Below are positions 1-12,352 of a DNA stretch of 64,000 nt, one piece after another. A model generated the notes under the pieces. It did no database searches, had not been told where the DNA came from, and saw only the letters and a list, made by a program, of their open reading frames with translations. Both the position numbers and the translations under genes were made by a program. The stretch is from Mobula hypostoma (taxonomy: Eukaryota), in NCBI RefSeq assembly GCF_963921235.1, contig NC_086109.1, positions 31,374,001 through 31,438,000 of the forward strand. Reading direction: 5' to 3'. Position 1 is the first letter of the stretch. Every line of letters begins with the position of its first letter.

Positions 1-397
1 CCTCTGGTACTAGACGCCATCACATCCTCTTCGCATTCACTCTACCTAGGCTTTTCAAGATATGACAGGTTTCAGCGAAATCCTCACTTATTCTTCTAAA
101 CTCTAGCATGTACAGGTCCAGAGCCTTCAAACGTTTTTCGTACATTAACTCTTTTATTCCCGGAATCATTCTCTGGTCCCTCTCCGATGCACATCATTTG
201 CTAGACAAGGGGACCAAAACTGCTCACAATACTCCAAGTGCTGTCTGCCCAATGGCCTACGATGCATTAGCATTACATTTTTTTATATTCTAGTCCACTC
301 AAAATGAATGTTAACTTTGCATTTGTCTTTCTTATCACTGACTCAACCTACAAATTAAACTTTAGGAATCCAACATGAAGAATCCCAAGTCTCTTTG
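1..397 (-). mobile_element. CR1 LINE fragment (RT C-terminal region), interrupted at 397 by a Gypsy element; resumes briefly at about 6283
   Basis: Reverse complement aligns by eye with the RT C-terminus of the + strand CR1 (about 3380-3800). After the Gypsy, CATCTCTGTTGTTTGAGTTGCTCTCC at 6283 continues the expected CR1 sequence. Confidence 0.8.
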
Positions 398-642
398 TGT
401 TATGCTTTGTAATCCCAAACCATAAAATTAATTGAAAGTAAAACAACAGAACCCGAGAAATGCATATGAACTTTGTTTTTACTTTTAGTGAGGTGTGCAC
501 ACACTGTATATGATGTGGTGGCCTAACAACATATGCCATTCACATACATTTACATATAACCCATAATGAATGATTTAAACAATAAAGAACGCTTAATCAA
601 ACAAATTGTTTGATATATTGCTAAAATTCAAAATATACAATA
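398..642 (-). repeat. 3' LTR of the Gypsy element
   Basis: Starts TGTTATGCTTTGTAA. Shares ACTTTTAGTGAGG, ATGCCATTCA, TTTACATATAACC, TAATGAAT.ATTTAAACAA and GCTTAAT with 6045-6277. Adjacent to the PPT. Confidence 0.8.
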
Positions 643-1064
643 CTCCTCCCTGCTTATCTACAAATTCCAATTCAATATAGAATGTACCTCAACTACTGTA
701 TATATACACAGTTTACTACATCACACAACTACAATATAGACATACACAGCTCCACGGCATAGTAAATTTTAAATTCTCCCATTCAGGCCTAAAGATTAAT
801 CACTCTGGAGGATTTCTTACTCTTGTGGGATAAAGGCTTTCCTGACAAGGGGGATTACTTTGCTTGGCAGGAGAGCTTATGGCTGTGAAACAATCTCAGA
901 TTCTGGGGCCTCCTCTGTTGTGGTTGTAGGAGGTGACTCTGACTGAGACTGTAGAAAGTGATTCTGACAGTTCCAGACATCTTTTACCTCTAACAATTGA
1001 CTCCGCTCTCCTCAACTGATCAACGATCATTTCCACATTGAATTTCCACAAACTTCACTATGTA

Positions 1065-4000
1065 TGACAGAGCGGAGGAAGGGGAAAAGAGAAATAAATC
1101 TAAGATAGTGAGCATTAAAGATATCAGGAAAGACAGGAAGGTGATGGGGCAAATGTGCAGCCATTGGGATGAGTTGTAGTGCAATCAAAGAAAAAAGTAC
1201 CAAATACTGGTCTTAAGGTGTTTTTAACTAAATGCACGCAGCATAAGGAATAAGGTGAGTGATCTTGTCGTACAGCTACAGATTGGCAGAGATGATATTG
1301 TGGCCATCACTGAGTTGTGGCTAAAGGATGCATGTCTCTGGGAGCTGAACATCCAAGGATACACGGTGTATCGGAAGGATAGGAAGGTAGGCAGAGGGGG
1401 AGGCATGGCTTTATTGGTAAGAAATTATATTAAATCATTAGAAAGAGGTGATATAGGATCGGAAGGTGCAGAATCTTTATGGGTTGAGCTAAGAAATTGT
1501 AAAGGTAAAAGGACCCTGATGGCAGTTATTTATAGGCCTCCAAACAGCTGCAGGGATGTGAACTACAAATTACAACAGGAAATAGAAAAGGCTTGTCAGA
1601 AGGGCAGTGTTATGATAATTGTGGGGGATTTTAACATGCGAGTGGATTGGGAAAATCAGGTCAGCACTGGATCTCAAGAGAGAGAATTTGTAGAATGTCA
1701 GCGAGATGCTTTTTAGAACAGCTTGTTGTTGAGCCCACTAGGGGATCGGCTGTACTGGATTGGGTATTATGTAATGAACCAGAGGTGTTTAGAGAGATTG
1801 AGGTGAAGGAACCTTTAGGAGGCAGTGATCATAACATGATTGAGTTCACTGTGACATTTGAATAAGAGAAGCCGAAATCTGATGTGTCGGTATTTCAGTG
1901 GAGTAAAGGAAATTACAGTGGCACGAGAGAGGAACTAGCCAAAGTTGACTGGAAAGGGACACTGGCGGGAAAGACAGCAGAGCAGCAGTGACTGGAGTTT
2001 ATGCGAGAAGTGAGGAAGGTGCAAGACAAGTATATTCCAGAAAAGAAGAGATTTTTGAATGGAAAAAGAATGCAACTGTGGTTGACAAGAGAAGTCAAAG
2101 CCAAAGTTAAAGCAAAGGAGAGGGCATACAAGGAAGCAAAAATTAGTGGGAAGTCAGAGGATTGGGAAGTTTTTAGAACCTTACAAAAGGAAACTAAGAA
2201 GTCATTAAGAGAGAAAAGTTTAACTATGAAAGGAAGCTAGCAAATAATATCAAAGAGGATATTAAAAGTTTTTTCAAGTATATAAAGAGTAAAAGACAGA
2301 TGAGAGTAGATATAGGACCGATAGAAAATGATGCTGGAGAAATTGTAATGGGAGATAAGGAGATGGCAGAGGAACTGAACGAGTATTTTGCATCAGTCTT
2401 CACTGAGGAAGACATCAGCAGTATACCGGACACTCACGGGTAGCAGGGAAGAGAAGTGTGTGCAGTCACAGTTACGACAGAGAAAGTGCTCAGGAAGCTG
2501 AATAGTCTAAAGGTAGATAAATCACCCGGACCAGATGGAATGCACCCTCGTGTTCTGAAGGAAGTAGCTGTGGAGATTGCGGAGGCATTAGCGATGATCT
2601 TTCAAAAGTCGATAGATTCTGGCATGGTTCCGGAGGACTGGAAGATTGCAAATGTCACTCTGCTATTTAAGAAGGGGGCAAGGAAGCAAAAAGGAAATTA
2701 TAGACCTGTTACCTTGACATCGGTGGTTGGGAAGTTGTTGGAGTCGATTGTCAAGGATGAGGTTACAGAGTACCTGGAGGCATATGACAAGATAGGCAGA
2801 ACTCAGCATGGATTCCTTGAAGGAAAATCTGCCTGACAAACCTATTGCAATTTTTTGAGGAAATTACTAGTAGGTTAGACGAGGGAGATGCAGTGGATGT
2901 TGTATATTTGGATTTTCAGAAGGCCTTTGACAAGGTGCCACACATGGAGCTACTTAACCAGATAAGAACGCATGGAATTACAGGAAAGTTACATACGTAG
3001 ATAGAGGGTTGGCTGATTGGCAGGAAACAGAGAGTGGGAATAAAGGGATCCTATTCTGGTTGGCTGCCGGTTACCAGTGGTGTTCCACAGGGGTCCGTGT
3101 TGGGACCGCTTCTTTTTACATTGTACATCAACGATTTGGATTATGGAATAGATGGCTTTGTGGCTAAGTTTGCTGACGATACAAAGATAGGTGGAGGGGC
3201 CGGTAGTGCTGAGGAAAAGGAGAGGCTGCAGAGAGACTTGGATAGATTGGAAGAATGGGCAAAGAAGTGGCAAATGAAGTACAATGTTGGAAAGTGTATG
3301 GTTATGCACTTTGGCAGAAAAAAATAAACGGGCAGACTATTGCTTAAATGGGGAAAGGATTCAAAGTTCTGAGATGCAACGGGACTTGGGAGTCCTTGTA
3401 CAGGATACCCTTAAGGTTAACCTCCAGGTTGAGTCAGTAGTGAAGAAGGCGAATGCAATGTTGGCATTCATTTCTAGAGGAATAGAGTATCGGAGCAGGG
3501 ATGTGATGTTGAGGATCTACACGGCGCTGGTGAGACCTCACTTGGAGTACTGTGGGCAGTTTTGGTCTCCTTATTTAAGAAGGGGTGTGCTGACGTTGGA
3601 GAGGGTACAGAGAAGATTCACTAGAATGATTCCCGGAATGAGAAGGTTAACATATGAGGAACGTTTGTCCGCTCTTGGACTGTATTCCTTGGAGTTTCGA
3701 AGAATGAGGGGAGACCTTATAGAAACATTTCGAATGTTGAAAGGCATGGACAGAGTGGATGTGGCAAGTTGTTTCCCATGATGGGGGAGTCTCGTACGAG
3801 AAGGCATGACTTAAGGATTGAAGGGCGCCCATTCAGAACAGAAATGCAAAGGAATTTTTTTAGCCAGAGTGTGGTGAATCTATGGAATTTGTTGCCACGG
3901 GCAGCAGTGGAGGACAAGTCATTGGGTGTATTTAAGGCAGAGATTGATAGGTATCTGAGTAGCCAGGGCATCAAAGGTTATGGTGAAAAGGTGGAGGAGT

Positions 4001-4095
4001 GGGACTAAATGGGAGAATGGATCAGCTCATGATAAAATGGCGGAGCAGACTCGATGGGCTGAATGGCCGTCTTCTGCTCCTTCGTCTTATGGCCT
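1065..4095 (+). mobile_element. 5'-truncated CR1 LINE with near-complete, frameshifted ORF2 (APE endonuclease + RT)
   Basis: EN motifs AITELWL, YRPPN, GDFN, GSDH. RT motifs KSPGPDG, NYRPV, GVPQGSVLGP, FADDTK. 3' tail TCTTATGGCCTTATG. TATGTA on both sides (1059-1064 and 4096-4101). Confidence 0.95.
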
Positions 4096-6044
4096 TATGT
4101 AAGAAAGTGGTCTAGTACTGTCCTTAATCTTTCCAAGTACCCACTTTTGATCACCGCTGTCATCTCTCACCAGGACTGCTTGTCCAGGAGTGAAACATCA
4201 AATGTTCTTGTTTGAAAAGCCTTCAATTTATCTCAACTGTTTGTCCTGCATACTTCTGAGATTCGGTTTGAAGATATCCAAGAACGAATGCAAGGAACTA
4301 CCCAGGATCAGCATAACTGGTGAGTTGTTGGTTGTGGACTGTACTGCATTGCAATATGCAAGGAAAAAATTGGCTAGCTTCTGATTCAGTGTCTACATTG
4401 CTCATAGTGTGTGCTTTATTATCTGGAAAAACCTTTCCACCAGGTGATTTGTACCTAGGTGCTATGGCGCCCATGTAAAATGTCTTATTCCTTTCATTTT
4501 TAGGAATGACTTGAAACTATTCTGCAATAACCTGTGATGTATTGTCACTGACTAAGTGTTCCCGAACACCAGTCCTTGAGAAGAAGCTTCTCAACACATC
4601 AACAGTATGCAAAGCTATAGTGGAAGCTACTGGGAACACCTCTGGCCACGTTGTAGCTGCATCCACTGCTACAAAGAAATTTGTACCAATGAATGGTTCG
4701 GTAAAATCCAAATGAATCCTCTGCCATGGCAATGCAAGCCACTCACAGGGATGAGGAATCATTGCTCTTGGCATCTTCTGGACGTGTTGGAATCCCAAAC
4801 TGTGCATGGCAAGCTGTTCGATCTGCTGATCTATGCAGGCCACCAGACAAAGCTTTAAGCAAATACTTTCGTTTTAACTATACCTAGATGACTGGCATCT
4901 ATCTCATCCAAAACTTTAGCTGTCATCTTGGATGGAACAACTTTCAATTCCCATATAAGGCATTCAAGGGAAAGTTCACCTCAGTCCCGGTGTAAATGTG
5001 GGAACTAGAATTTCTGCTGCACATTTTTGAGCTGCCATGTAGCTATAAGAGAGTGTGGGCTCTTCTATGGTTTCTCTTTCGATCATCTCTGCTATATTAA
5101 GGAGATTTTTGATTTGCTTTAGGAAGAATATGTCAAGAGGAATGTCCTCTCTTGTAAATTTTTCAGGTATTTCCTTTTCCAAGGGTAAGCAGGACAATCT
5201 ATCAGCATTTGCCTAATTCGTATCCTCTTGAATTCCATCATATATTTGTGTCCTCCAAGTAAAAGAGCCAGGTTTTGCATTCATGCTGCTGCTGTGAGTA
5301 AAACACTTTTCTGTGGATTGAAAATGGACACCAATGGTTGATGGCCAATAATGAGCATAAGCTCTCGCTAATACAGCTACTGGTTGAAACACTTTTGATC
5401 CTCAAGGCCGCTCTGTTAATTCGTGTGTAATTTTTCTCGGCTGCAGTAGGAGAATGTGATACTAAAGGCTATGGGATGTTCACGTCCATCACTCATAACA
5501 TGTGACATGATTGCATCTATACCATAAGGTAAGGCATCACAGGTAAGCTTCACTAGATGATATAGATCATAATGTGTGAGTACAGTGTCTGATGTCAGCA
5601 TTTCCTTTGTCTTTGTCCATTGCCATTTCTTCCCAATCTGTAGTAATGAGTTCAGGGGATGGAGCCCAGTAGCCAGGTTTTTCAGGAACCTATTATAGTA
5701 ATTGACAAATCCTAAAAAGGACCATAACTGTGACATGTTTAGCCTTGGGGCACTGACCACAACATAAATTTTATCAGTACACTCACGTAAATCTTGTGTG
5801 CAATGTTGTGACACAGGAAGTGATGCTTGGTTTAAAGAATTCACAGTTGCCACGTTGTGCTCTGAGCCCATAATCATTTGAACACTGTCTTGAGATTTTT
5901 AAGATATTCCTAGTCATCCTCACCAGTAGAAATGATGTTGTCCAGGTAACACTGAGTGTCGGGCAGCCCTGTGGCTCCTGATCCTTCTGTCAGAGAGCAG
6001 GTACTGATGCTACTCTAAAAGTAAACCTATTATAGTGCCACCAT

Positions 6045-6277
6045 TGTTATACTTTGTAACTCTGAAACATAAAAATTATCAAAAGAAAAATGAGGAAGCC
6101 TGAGGGATGAGTGTAAATTTTGTTTTAACTTTTAGTGAGGAGCACACATATATAAAGTAGTGGTATAATGATGAATGCCATTCATGAACTTTTACATATA
6201 ACCTGTAATGAATTATTTAAACAAAAATGCTTAATTAAACAATATACCTACAATATTACTCAAATATTTTTCAAGTG
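6045..6277 (-). repeat. 5' LTR of the Gypsy element
   Basis: Starts TGTTATACTTTGTAA; clearly diverged direct repeat of 398-642. Followed on the - strand by TGGTGGCA (PBS-like), then directly by RT sequence. Confidence 0.75.
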
Positions 6278-6309
6278 TTTTGCATCTCTGTTGTTTGAGT
6301 TGCTCTCCT

Positions 6310-6720
6310 CTCCACTTTCCTCAAAGCCAGACTCAGTGCCAGAGACCCGGTCTTTGTGACCACCCTTCCTCACGCAGTGTCCAAAATGGTATACCTATTA
6401 TTGACAGGAACAACTACAGGGGTACTCTGCACTGTCTTTCTATTTCCTTTCCTTCTCCTGACAATCACCTTCTACCTGCCTCCTGCAACTTAGGTGTGAC
6501 TGACTCCCTGTAGCTTCTATCTATCAACTCATTCTCCCAAATGTTCTGCAGGTCTTTCATTTCCAGCTCGTTACTGAACACAGTCTGTAAGGACACTTTT
6601 CTTGCAAATGTCACAATCCGGAACACTGGAGGTCTCCCAGATCTCCCACATCATGCAAGAAGACTATACCACTGCCTTAGGATTTATTCCTGTTGATCTT
6701 GCTAGACACTAAAAAAAAAA
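6310..6720 (-). mobile_element. CR1 ORF1 N-terminal fragment
   Basis: - strand reads SCMMWEIWETSSVPDCDICKK, resembling the Cys-rich CR1 ORF1 N-terminus; related to 37540-37800 (+). Confidence 0.6.
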
Positions 6721-8204
6721 GGGAAATTGAATCTTGACAGAATCTCAACCTAGCCTCCACTTCTTCTTGCCAAAGTCTCAGTTACCACTCCAACTCTAGC
6801 CACTCTCACTACGACCATTCACACAATCACCAGTCCGCTTGAACCTCACATTTATTTTTTGGCCTTTGTCAATTCAGAGAACCCAAATTATCTCAAGATC
6901 AGCAGGAGTTCCCGAGAGGCACCAATGACTTTTTTTTAAGCTGGTGGTACTCCCCACCAGTAACAGAATAAAAAAGTATAAGCCATCAACAGATATATTG
7001 TATCAAAAATTGAAGAAATAAATAATAGATTGAATCATTCCATTAATGTTATTTTATTTCCAACTCTTCCTTGGTTTGCATTTTACCTATGCCAAATCTA
7101 TAAACTTAGAAAACTGGTGTGTCAATCAATGAACATTGGCATTAACATTTACCTCATTAAATTATTCTAGAACAATTTGTACTTGGAGTAAAGCCCACCA
7201 AGTTGCACATCACTCAGTGTAATAAAAGCCTCTAAATGTCTCCATCTCCTAATTTTTTCATTGTTTTACAGACAGCAAATAAGGAATATGAAAAGAGCAA
7301 TGAATTCCTGTAAATAAAAGTAAAGTATTACCTAAATAACAACTAACGAGTATGAAATTAATTCTACATATAATCATATTGCTATTTAAATTACACTAGA
7401 GTTCTGCCCTGCCACGAAATTCAGGTTACATTATTGATCATCTGTGAATTATAGCTAGCCTTAGAGAACAGAATGGCTTAGATCATTTTCACTGAAGGGA
7501 TCTACAGTACCAATCTTTGTTAAAGTCAGTATCAATACACCTACAGCACAAATCTTGGAAGAATGAGGTGTCAATGTTTTTCTTATGTAAGAATGGTATA
7601 TTTTAAATACTCCACCTCATTCAGATTTGAACATGCAAATTTAAAGTTTAGAATATTTTAGCTGTTCATTCTGGGTAAGACCCCATCCAGCAAATCTAGA
7701 TTTTAGAAATTTTATACTTTCTATATATAGAAATAAAGTTGAATTTTCATACTTAGTCTGTTCAAAATTATTGGTACAAAATTTTTCATTGGGATTTGCT
7801 TTTAGAAAGGATACCATATATTTCACGTAACACATTCAGTTATAAGATAGCCAAAGAGCCAAAAATATAGCTCTAATCCAAGTTACTGATTTTCTGGTAC
7901 TTGTACACAAGACGTACCAAGAAGGAGTCACAATTCTATTTAAATAAAATAATAGACAAATGATTTTCTTCTGTTAGTTTTCCATTGGTTTTCTGTAATA
8001 AGTCAAGGGAAAATTACACATGCAGTAAAAGTCCAAAATATCAGTGTGTTCCCTCACCAAATCCTTTCCAGACTGACAGCATTGGATTTCATTATTGATT
8101 TATGTTCCTTTTTTGTTATTATGATTTATTTATAACTAGCTTTTCTTTGAATCTTTTTGAAAGTCGTTTTACTGGGACATAAACTAACCAAGCAGAGAGT
8201 TAAG

Positions 8205-8375
8205 TATAGACACTAGAAGATGCAGATGCTGAAACCTGAACCATCACACAGGAGGGAGTTCAAAAGTTCTGACAGAATCACTGGAGGGAAATAGTTAGAA
8301 TGATGTTTAGTTCGAGACCATTCATCTGGATTCATGAATCTGCTGAGTTCCTTCAGCTTTTTTGTGTATTGCAAG
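8205..8375. mobile_element. Degenerate Penelope-end-related hairpin short element
   Basis: TGCAGATGCTG ... CTGCTGAGTTCC.TCAGC.TTTT.GTGT motifs shared with 11150, 12190, 16735 and 37090, and with the Penelope 3' ends. Confidence 0.55.
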
Positions 8376-8402
8376 AGGGTTACGTATTATGGAAGCAACT
8401 TT

Positions 8403-9085
8403 GAGATTAGATTAGAGTAGATTATGATGACACTCAATCCTCATTTATTGTCATTTAGTAATGCATGCATTAAGAAATGATACAATGTTCCTCCAGTATG
8501 ATATCACAGAAACACAAGACAGACCAAGACTAAAACTGACAAAAACCACGTAATTATAACATACTGTTACAACACTGCAAAGCAATACCGTAATTTGTTA
8601 AAGAGCAAACCATGGGCATGGTAGAAAAAAGTCTCAAAGTCCCGATAACCCCATCACCTCACGCAGATGGTAGAAGGAAGAAAACTCTCCCTGCCATGAA
8701 CCTCCAGCGCCGCAAACTTGCCGATGCAGCACCCTGGAAGCACCCGACTGCAGCCGACTCTGAGTCCGTCCGAAAACTTCGAGCCTCCGACCAGCCCTCC
8801 GACACCGAGCACCGAGCACCACCTTTGCCGAGTGCTTCGACCTCGGCCCCAGCCATCAAGCAACAGGCAAAGCCGAGGATTCGGGGCCTTCCCCACCAGA
8901 GATTCTGGATCGCACAGTAGCAGCAGCAGTGAAACAGGCATTTCAGAAGTTTCACCAGATGTTCCTCTGTGCTTCTCACGTCTATCCCCATCAAATCAGG
9001 ATTGTGCACTGCACCCTACATGACAAATAACAGATAATCATCACCAGCGTGGCTGCTGCACGCTGCGTCACGCCACCATCTTCTT
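8403..9085 (-). mobile_element. Non-autonomous LINE-like element (5' AAGATGGTGGCG, 3' AATAAA plus (CTAAT)n-like tail)
   Basis: GC-rich body. Its 5' part matches the + strand copy at 56160-56400 (GAAGATGGTGGCG, AGAGGAACATCTGG, CTTCTGAAATGCCTG). Confidence 0.65.
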
Positions 9086-9339
9086 TTCTCATTTGCACAG
9101 AACAAAGCGATACGGATATTATAGAAATAGCTCTTGAAATATCATTTGCTCGAAATTGCTCCTCAATTGCTAGAGGTTGGCACATTGGATGAAAAGCTTA
9201 GCATGGAGTTCTCAAACTCCAAAACTCACTCCATTGATCTTAACACAAATGAAGTGCAACGTGCTGTCTCAAAGTTTGGCACATGCAGTTTAGGATTGTA
9301 CTTCTGCAGAAAAGAGCACTGGATGGTAATTTGAGCAAA

Positions 9340-10450
9340 AGTTCAAGTTAAGATTCAGGATTTTTTAATGCTATTTCCAGTACACAAGTATAAAGGAGAA
9401 CAAAATAATTGTTATTACAGGTCCAATGCAACACTAAAAAAATTAAGGTAAAGAACACAATTATAAAAAGCATAATCAATATAAATACGTAAGATAGCTT
9501 ATATACATAGATTGATTGTATGTCCTTAACGGGGACACCTCTTTTTCCCTTATTAGGGAGAGAGAGAGCCTGTAGTATGTTGAGTAGTCTCTGGGGTACT
9601 GCAAGTCTGTGTCTTTATCGATGCTTTGCTGCACGCTTGAGTGCTCGGTGAAGGATGCCGATACTTTTTTTGCTGGTGGGGAAGGGGGACAAGGTAATTG
9701 CTTTGCTGCTACTTATGCATGGGAGGGGGGAGTTGGGGGGGCTTTGGGTTTCTAACATTTAACTGTCATTCATTCTTTCGGGCACTCCTCTGTTTTCATG
9801 GATGTTTGCAAAGAAAAAGAATTTCAGGATATATATTGTATCCATTTCTTTGACATTAAATATACCTATTGAAATCTATTGAAACCTATTGAAGTGACAC
9901 TAGGCACAGGAATGTCTGTATATAAGGTGATTCTGACAGGAAACAATAAAGTAGTGAGGGTGGGGGATGTGATTGGGTAGGTTAATGAGAGGTGGTATTG
10001 ATCAGCCTTACTGACCAGGGACAGTAACCGCTTTTTAAGTCTGGTGGTCCTGGTGAGGATACTAAGGTAGCCTCCTCGCTGATGGGAATGAGGCAAACTG
10101 TCCATGAGCAGGGTGAGTGGGATCCTTCATAATGTTACTGACCTTTTCTGGCACCCTTCTGTAACTAGGTTCACGATGGCAGGTTGGGTTGTGCAGGTGA
10201 TGCATTGGACAGTTTTGCCAACCCGTTGTAGAGCCTATCTGCCCGTTGCAATGCAGTTTCTGTACCATGCAGTTTGTTAGGATGTTCTCCACTGCGCTTC
10301 TGTAGAAGGATGTAAGTATAGATGTGTATAGTACAGTTCTCTTCAACCTCCTCAGAAAGTAGAGGTGTTACTGAACTTTCCTGATAGTGTGGAATGAGTT
10401 CTGAGGCCATGAGTTTGTACAAGATATGCACTCCCTGAAGTTTGAAATTA
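9340..10450 (-). mobile_element. Rex1/Babar-type LINE 3' fragment
   Basis: ILTSFYRSAVENILT, IMKDPTHPAHGQF..PS.RR and TRTTRLK, typical of the Rex1 RT C-terminus. Confidence 0.8.
9529..9892 (+). mobile_element. LINE/SINE 3' fragment with (ACCTATTGAA)3 tail, nested in a Rex-like element
   Basis: ATTAAA followed by three copies of a 10-mer tail; interrupts a - strand LINE 3' UTR. Confidence 0.55.
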
Positions 10451-10548
10451 CTGTTTAGAAACTATGTCATAGTTAATTAAATTGACACCAAAAGAAGAAA
10501 TGGATGTAAAATGAGCATTATGCTCTCATACATATCTGCAGAATCCAT

Positions 10549-11114
10549 TACGCTTTTAGTCACTACTTTATTGATACCTGCTCATTAATGCAAACATCTA
10601 TTCATCTAATCATGTTGCAGCAACTCAAGGTAAAAAAGCATGCAGACGTGGTCAAGAGGTTCAGTTGTCATTCAGACCAACCTTCAGAATGGGGAAGAAA
10701 TCTGATCTAAGCCAACTTGACCCTGTAATGTGCCAGATGGGGTGGTTTGAGTATCTCAGAAACTGCTGATCTTCTGGGATAATAATCTCCAGAATTTACA
10801 GAGAATCGTGTGAAAAACAAAACAAAACAAAAAAAAATTCTGTGAACCCCAGTTCTGTGTGTTGTTGTTTTGTACAGCCTTGTTAATAAGAAAGGTTAGG
10901 GGAGATTGGCCAGATTGGCTCAAGTTGACAGGAAGGCAACAGTAACTCCTCAAATAACCTCGAGTTACAACAGTGTTGAACAGAAGAGCATCTCTGAACA
11001 CACAATGCTTCGAAAATTGAAATGAATGGGCAAGCAGCAGAAGATCATGAACGCATAACTCAGTGGCCATTTTATTAGTTACAGGAGGTACCTAATTGAA
11101 TGCCACTGAGTGTA
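10549..11114. mobile_element. Tc1-like non-autonomous DNA element
   Basis: Ends ...GCCACTGAGTGTA with an internal inverted CTCAGTGGCCATTTTATTAG. Related copies at about 27648-28080 and 31065-31197. Confidence 0.6.
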
Positions 11115-11149
11115 ACTATGAAAGAGAAACAAATCATTGGAAGTTTCAT

Positions 11150-11345
11150 AAACACAAGAGAATCTGCAGATGCTGGAAATCCAGAGCAACACATACAAAA
11201 TGCTGGAGGTACAAAGCAGGTCAGGAAGCATCAATGAAAATGAACTGTCCTGATGAACTGCCTCGGCCCCGAAAGGGCAACTGCTTAATCACTTCCATAG
11301 ATGCTGCTTGACTTCCTAATTTTCTCCAGCATTTTGAGTGTGTTC
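11150..11345. mobile_element. Penelope-end-related hairpin short element
   Basis: Inverted arms ACAAAATGCTGGAG / CTCCAGCATTTTG around a decayed CTGATGA..CGAAA motif. Confidence 0.65.
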
Positions 11346-11840
11346 CATTGGAAGTTTCATGTCAAGAAAGAATCAGGTATAAATCTCAGCCATCAATTCT
11401 AAGAGCACACAAATTAACACAGCATTAGAAATGGCATTTCAAAGTCACTTTCTCCTTCAACATTTTTGCTTCCCATTCCATGAAATAGGGTCCAAGTTTA
11501 AGGTGATAATCAGGTAAATTTTAAGTCATATTAGATGCAGAATTGATGTACGAGTTGCCATGGTCAATAACTTTTTTCTGTCTTTCTAGCTTTACATCAC
11601 AGTTTTTATCTGTGCAAAGCTACATCTGTTGAAGTTGAGATGTTGAACACAACACATGATGATTACTTTTTGCTCACCATAATGTAACAGTATTCTAAGA
11701 GCTTGGCTGACTCACAGCAATGTTACAGTAAACGTGAAGCCCTTTGTATATGTATGAAGTTCTGCTTGACCTGATTCTATAACATAAAAACAGAGGAATA
11801 CCTCATAATCAAAATCATATTTAGTACCACTGCCTTATAT

Positions 11841-12087
11841 GGCCGGCTGGTGACGCAGTGAGATCAGCGCCGGACTCCCGAGCGAAGGTTCTTGAGTTTG
11901 AATCCAGGTCGGGTCACCCCCGAGCACACTTTCCATCCATGCTCGGTTGAGTGTCAAGCTAGCCCCTCGGCCTCGTAAAAAATACAACGGTCGCGTCAGG
12001 AACGTTCATATCGTGACCCGGTTAATCCTGACACCACGTGCCAGATAAGAATGGCTAAATGTCTGGTAGGACACGCTTAAAAAAAAA
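11841..12087 (+). mobile_element. tRNA-derived SINE
   Basis: Box A-like TGACGCAGTGAG, box B-like GAGTTTGAATCC, CpG-rich, A9 tail. Degenerate flanking repeat CACTGCCTTATAT / CAGTGCATTTTAT. Confidence 0.75.
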
Positions 12088-12189
12088 CAGTGCATTTTAT
12101 GAGGCGTAATTTGTTGTTTTGCAGCAACACTACTATGGAAAGACATAAAAAGTACTATAAATTACAAAATAAAGAACTAACGAGGTGTT

Positions 12190-12352
12190 AGCAACACACA
12201 CAAAATGCTGGAGGAACTCAGCAGGCCAGGCAACATCGGACCGAAACGTTGACCATATTCTTTTCCTAGATGCTGCCTGGCCTGCTGAGCTCCTCCAGCA
12301 TTTTGTTGGTGTTGCTTAGATTTCCAGCATCTGCAGATTTTCTCCTGTTTGC
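12190..12352. mobile_element. Penelope-end-related hairpin short element
   Basis: Arms CAAAATGCTGGAGGAACTCAGCAGGCCAGGCA / TGCCTGGCCTGCTGAGCTCCTCCAGCATTTTG with a central CCGAAACGTTGAC. Confidence 0.7.

Larger units (their letters stand above)
398..6277 (-). mobile_element. Degenerate Gypsy LTR retrotransposon (5' LTR, PBS remnant, RT C-terminus, RNase H, integrase, PPT, 3' LTR); gag/protease deleted; split by a CR1
   Basis: ORF 5416-5877 has SFLGFVNYYNRF and LTCDALPYGIDAIMSH (RT/RNase H). YLDNI at about 5933-5947. ORF 4517-4843 has PWQRIHLDF..VAVDAATTWPEVF..LVSDN (integrase). PPT TAAGCAGGGAGGAG at 643-656 (-). Two related LTRs. Confidence 0.85.

Noticed and set aside
7272..7320. Exon after strong acceptor TTTTTTCATTGTTTTACAG
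   Set aside because: All frames stop within about 15 codons and the donors are weak; too little support on its own.
8612..9023. Cluster of five overlapping ORFs on both strands
   Set aside because: GC-rich repeat body with a second partial copy at 56.2 kb; stop-codon scarcity explains the ORFs.
11841..11920. tRNA gene
   Set aside because: A/B boxes are present but there is no convincing cloverleaf or oligo-T terminator; it continues into a SINE body and A-tail.
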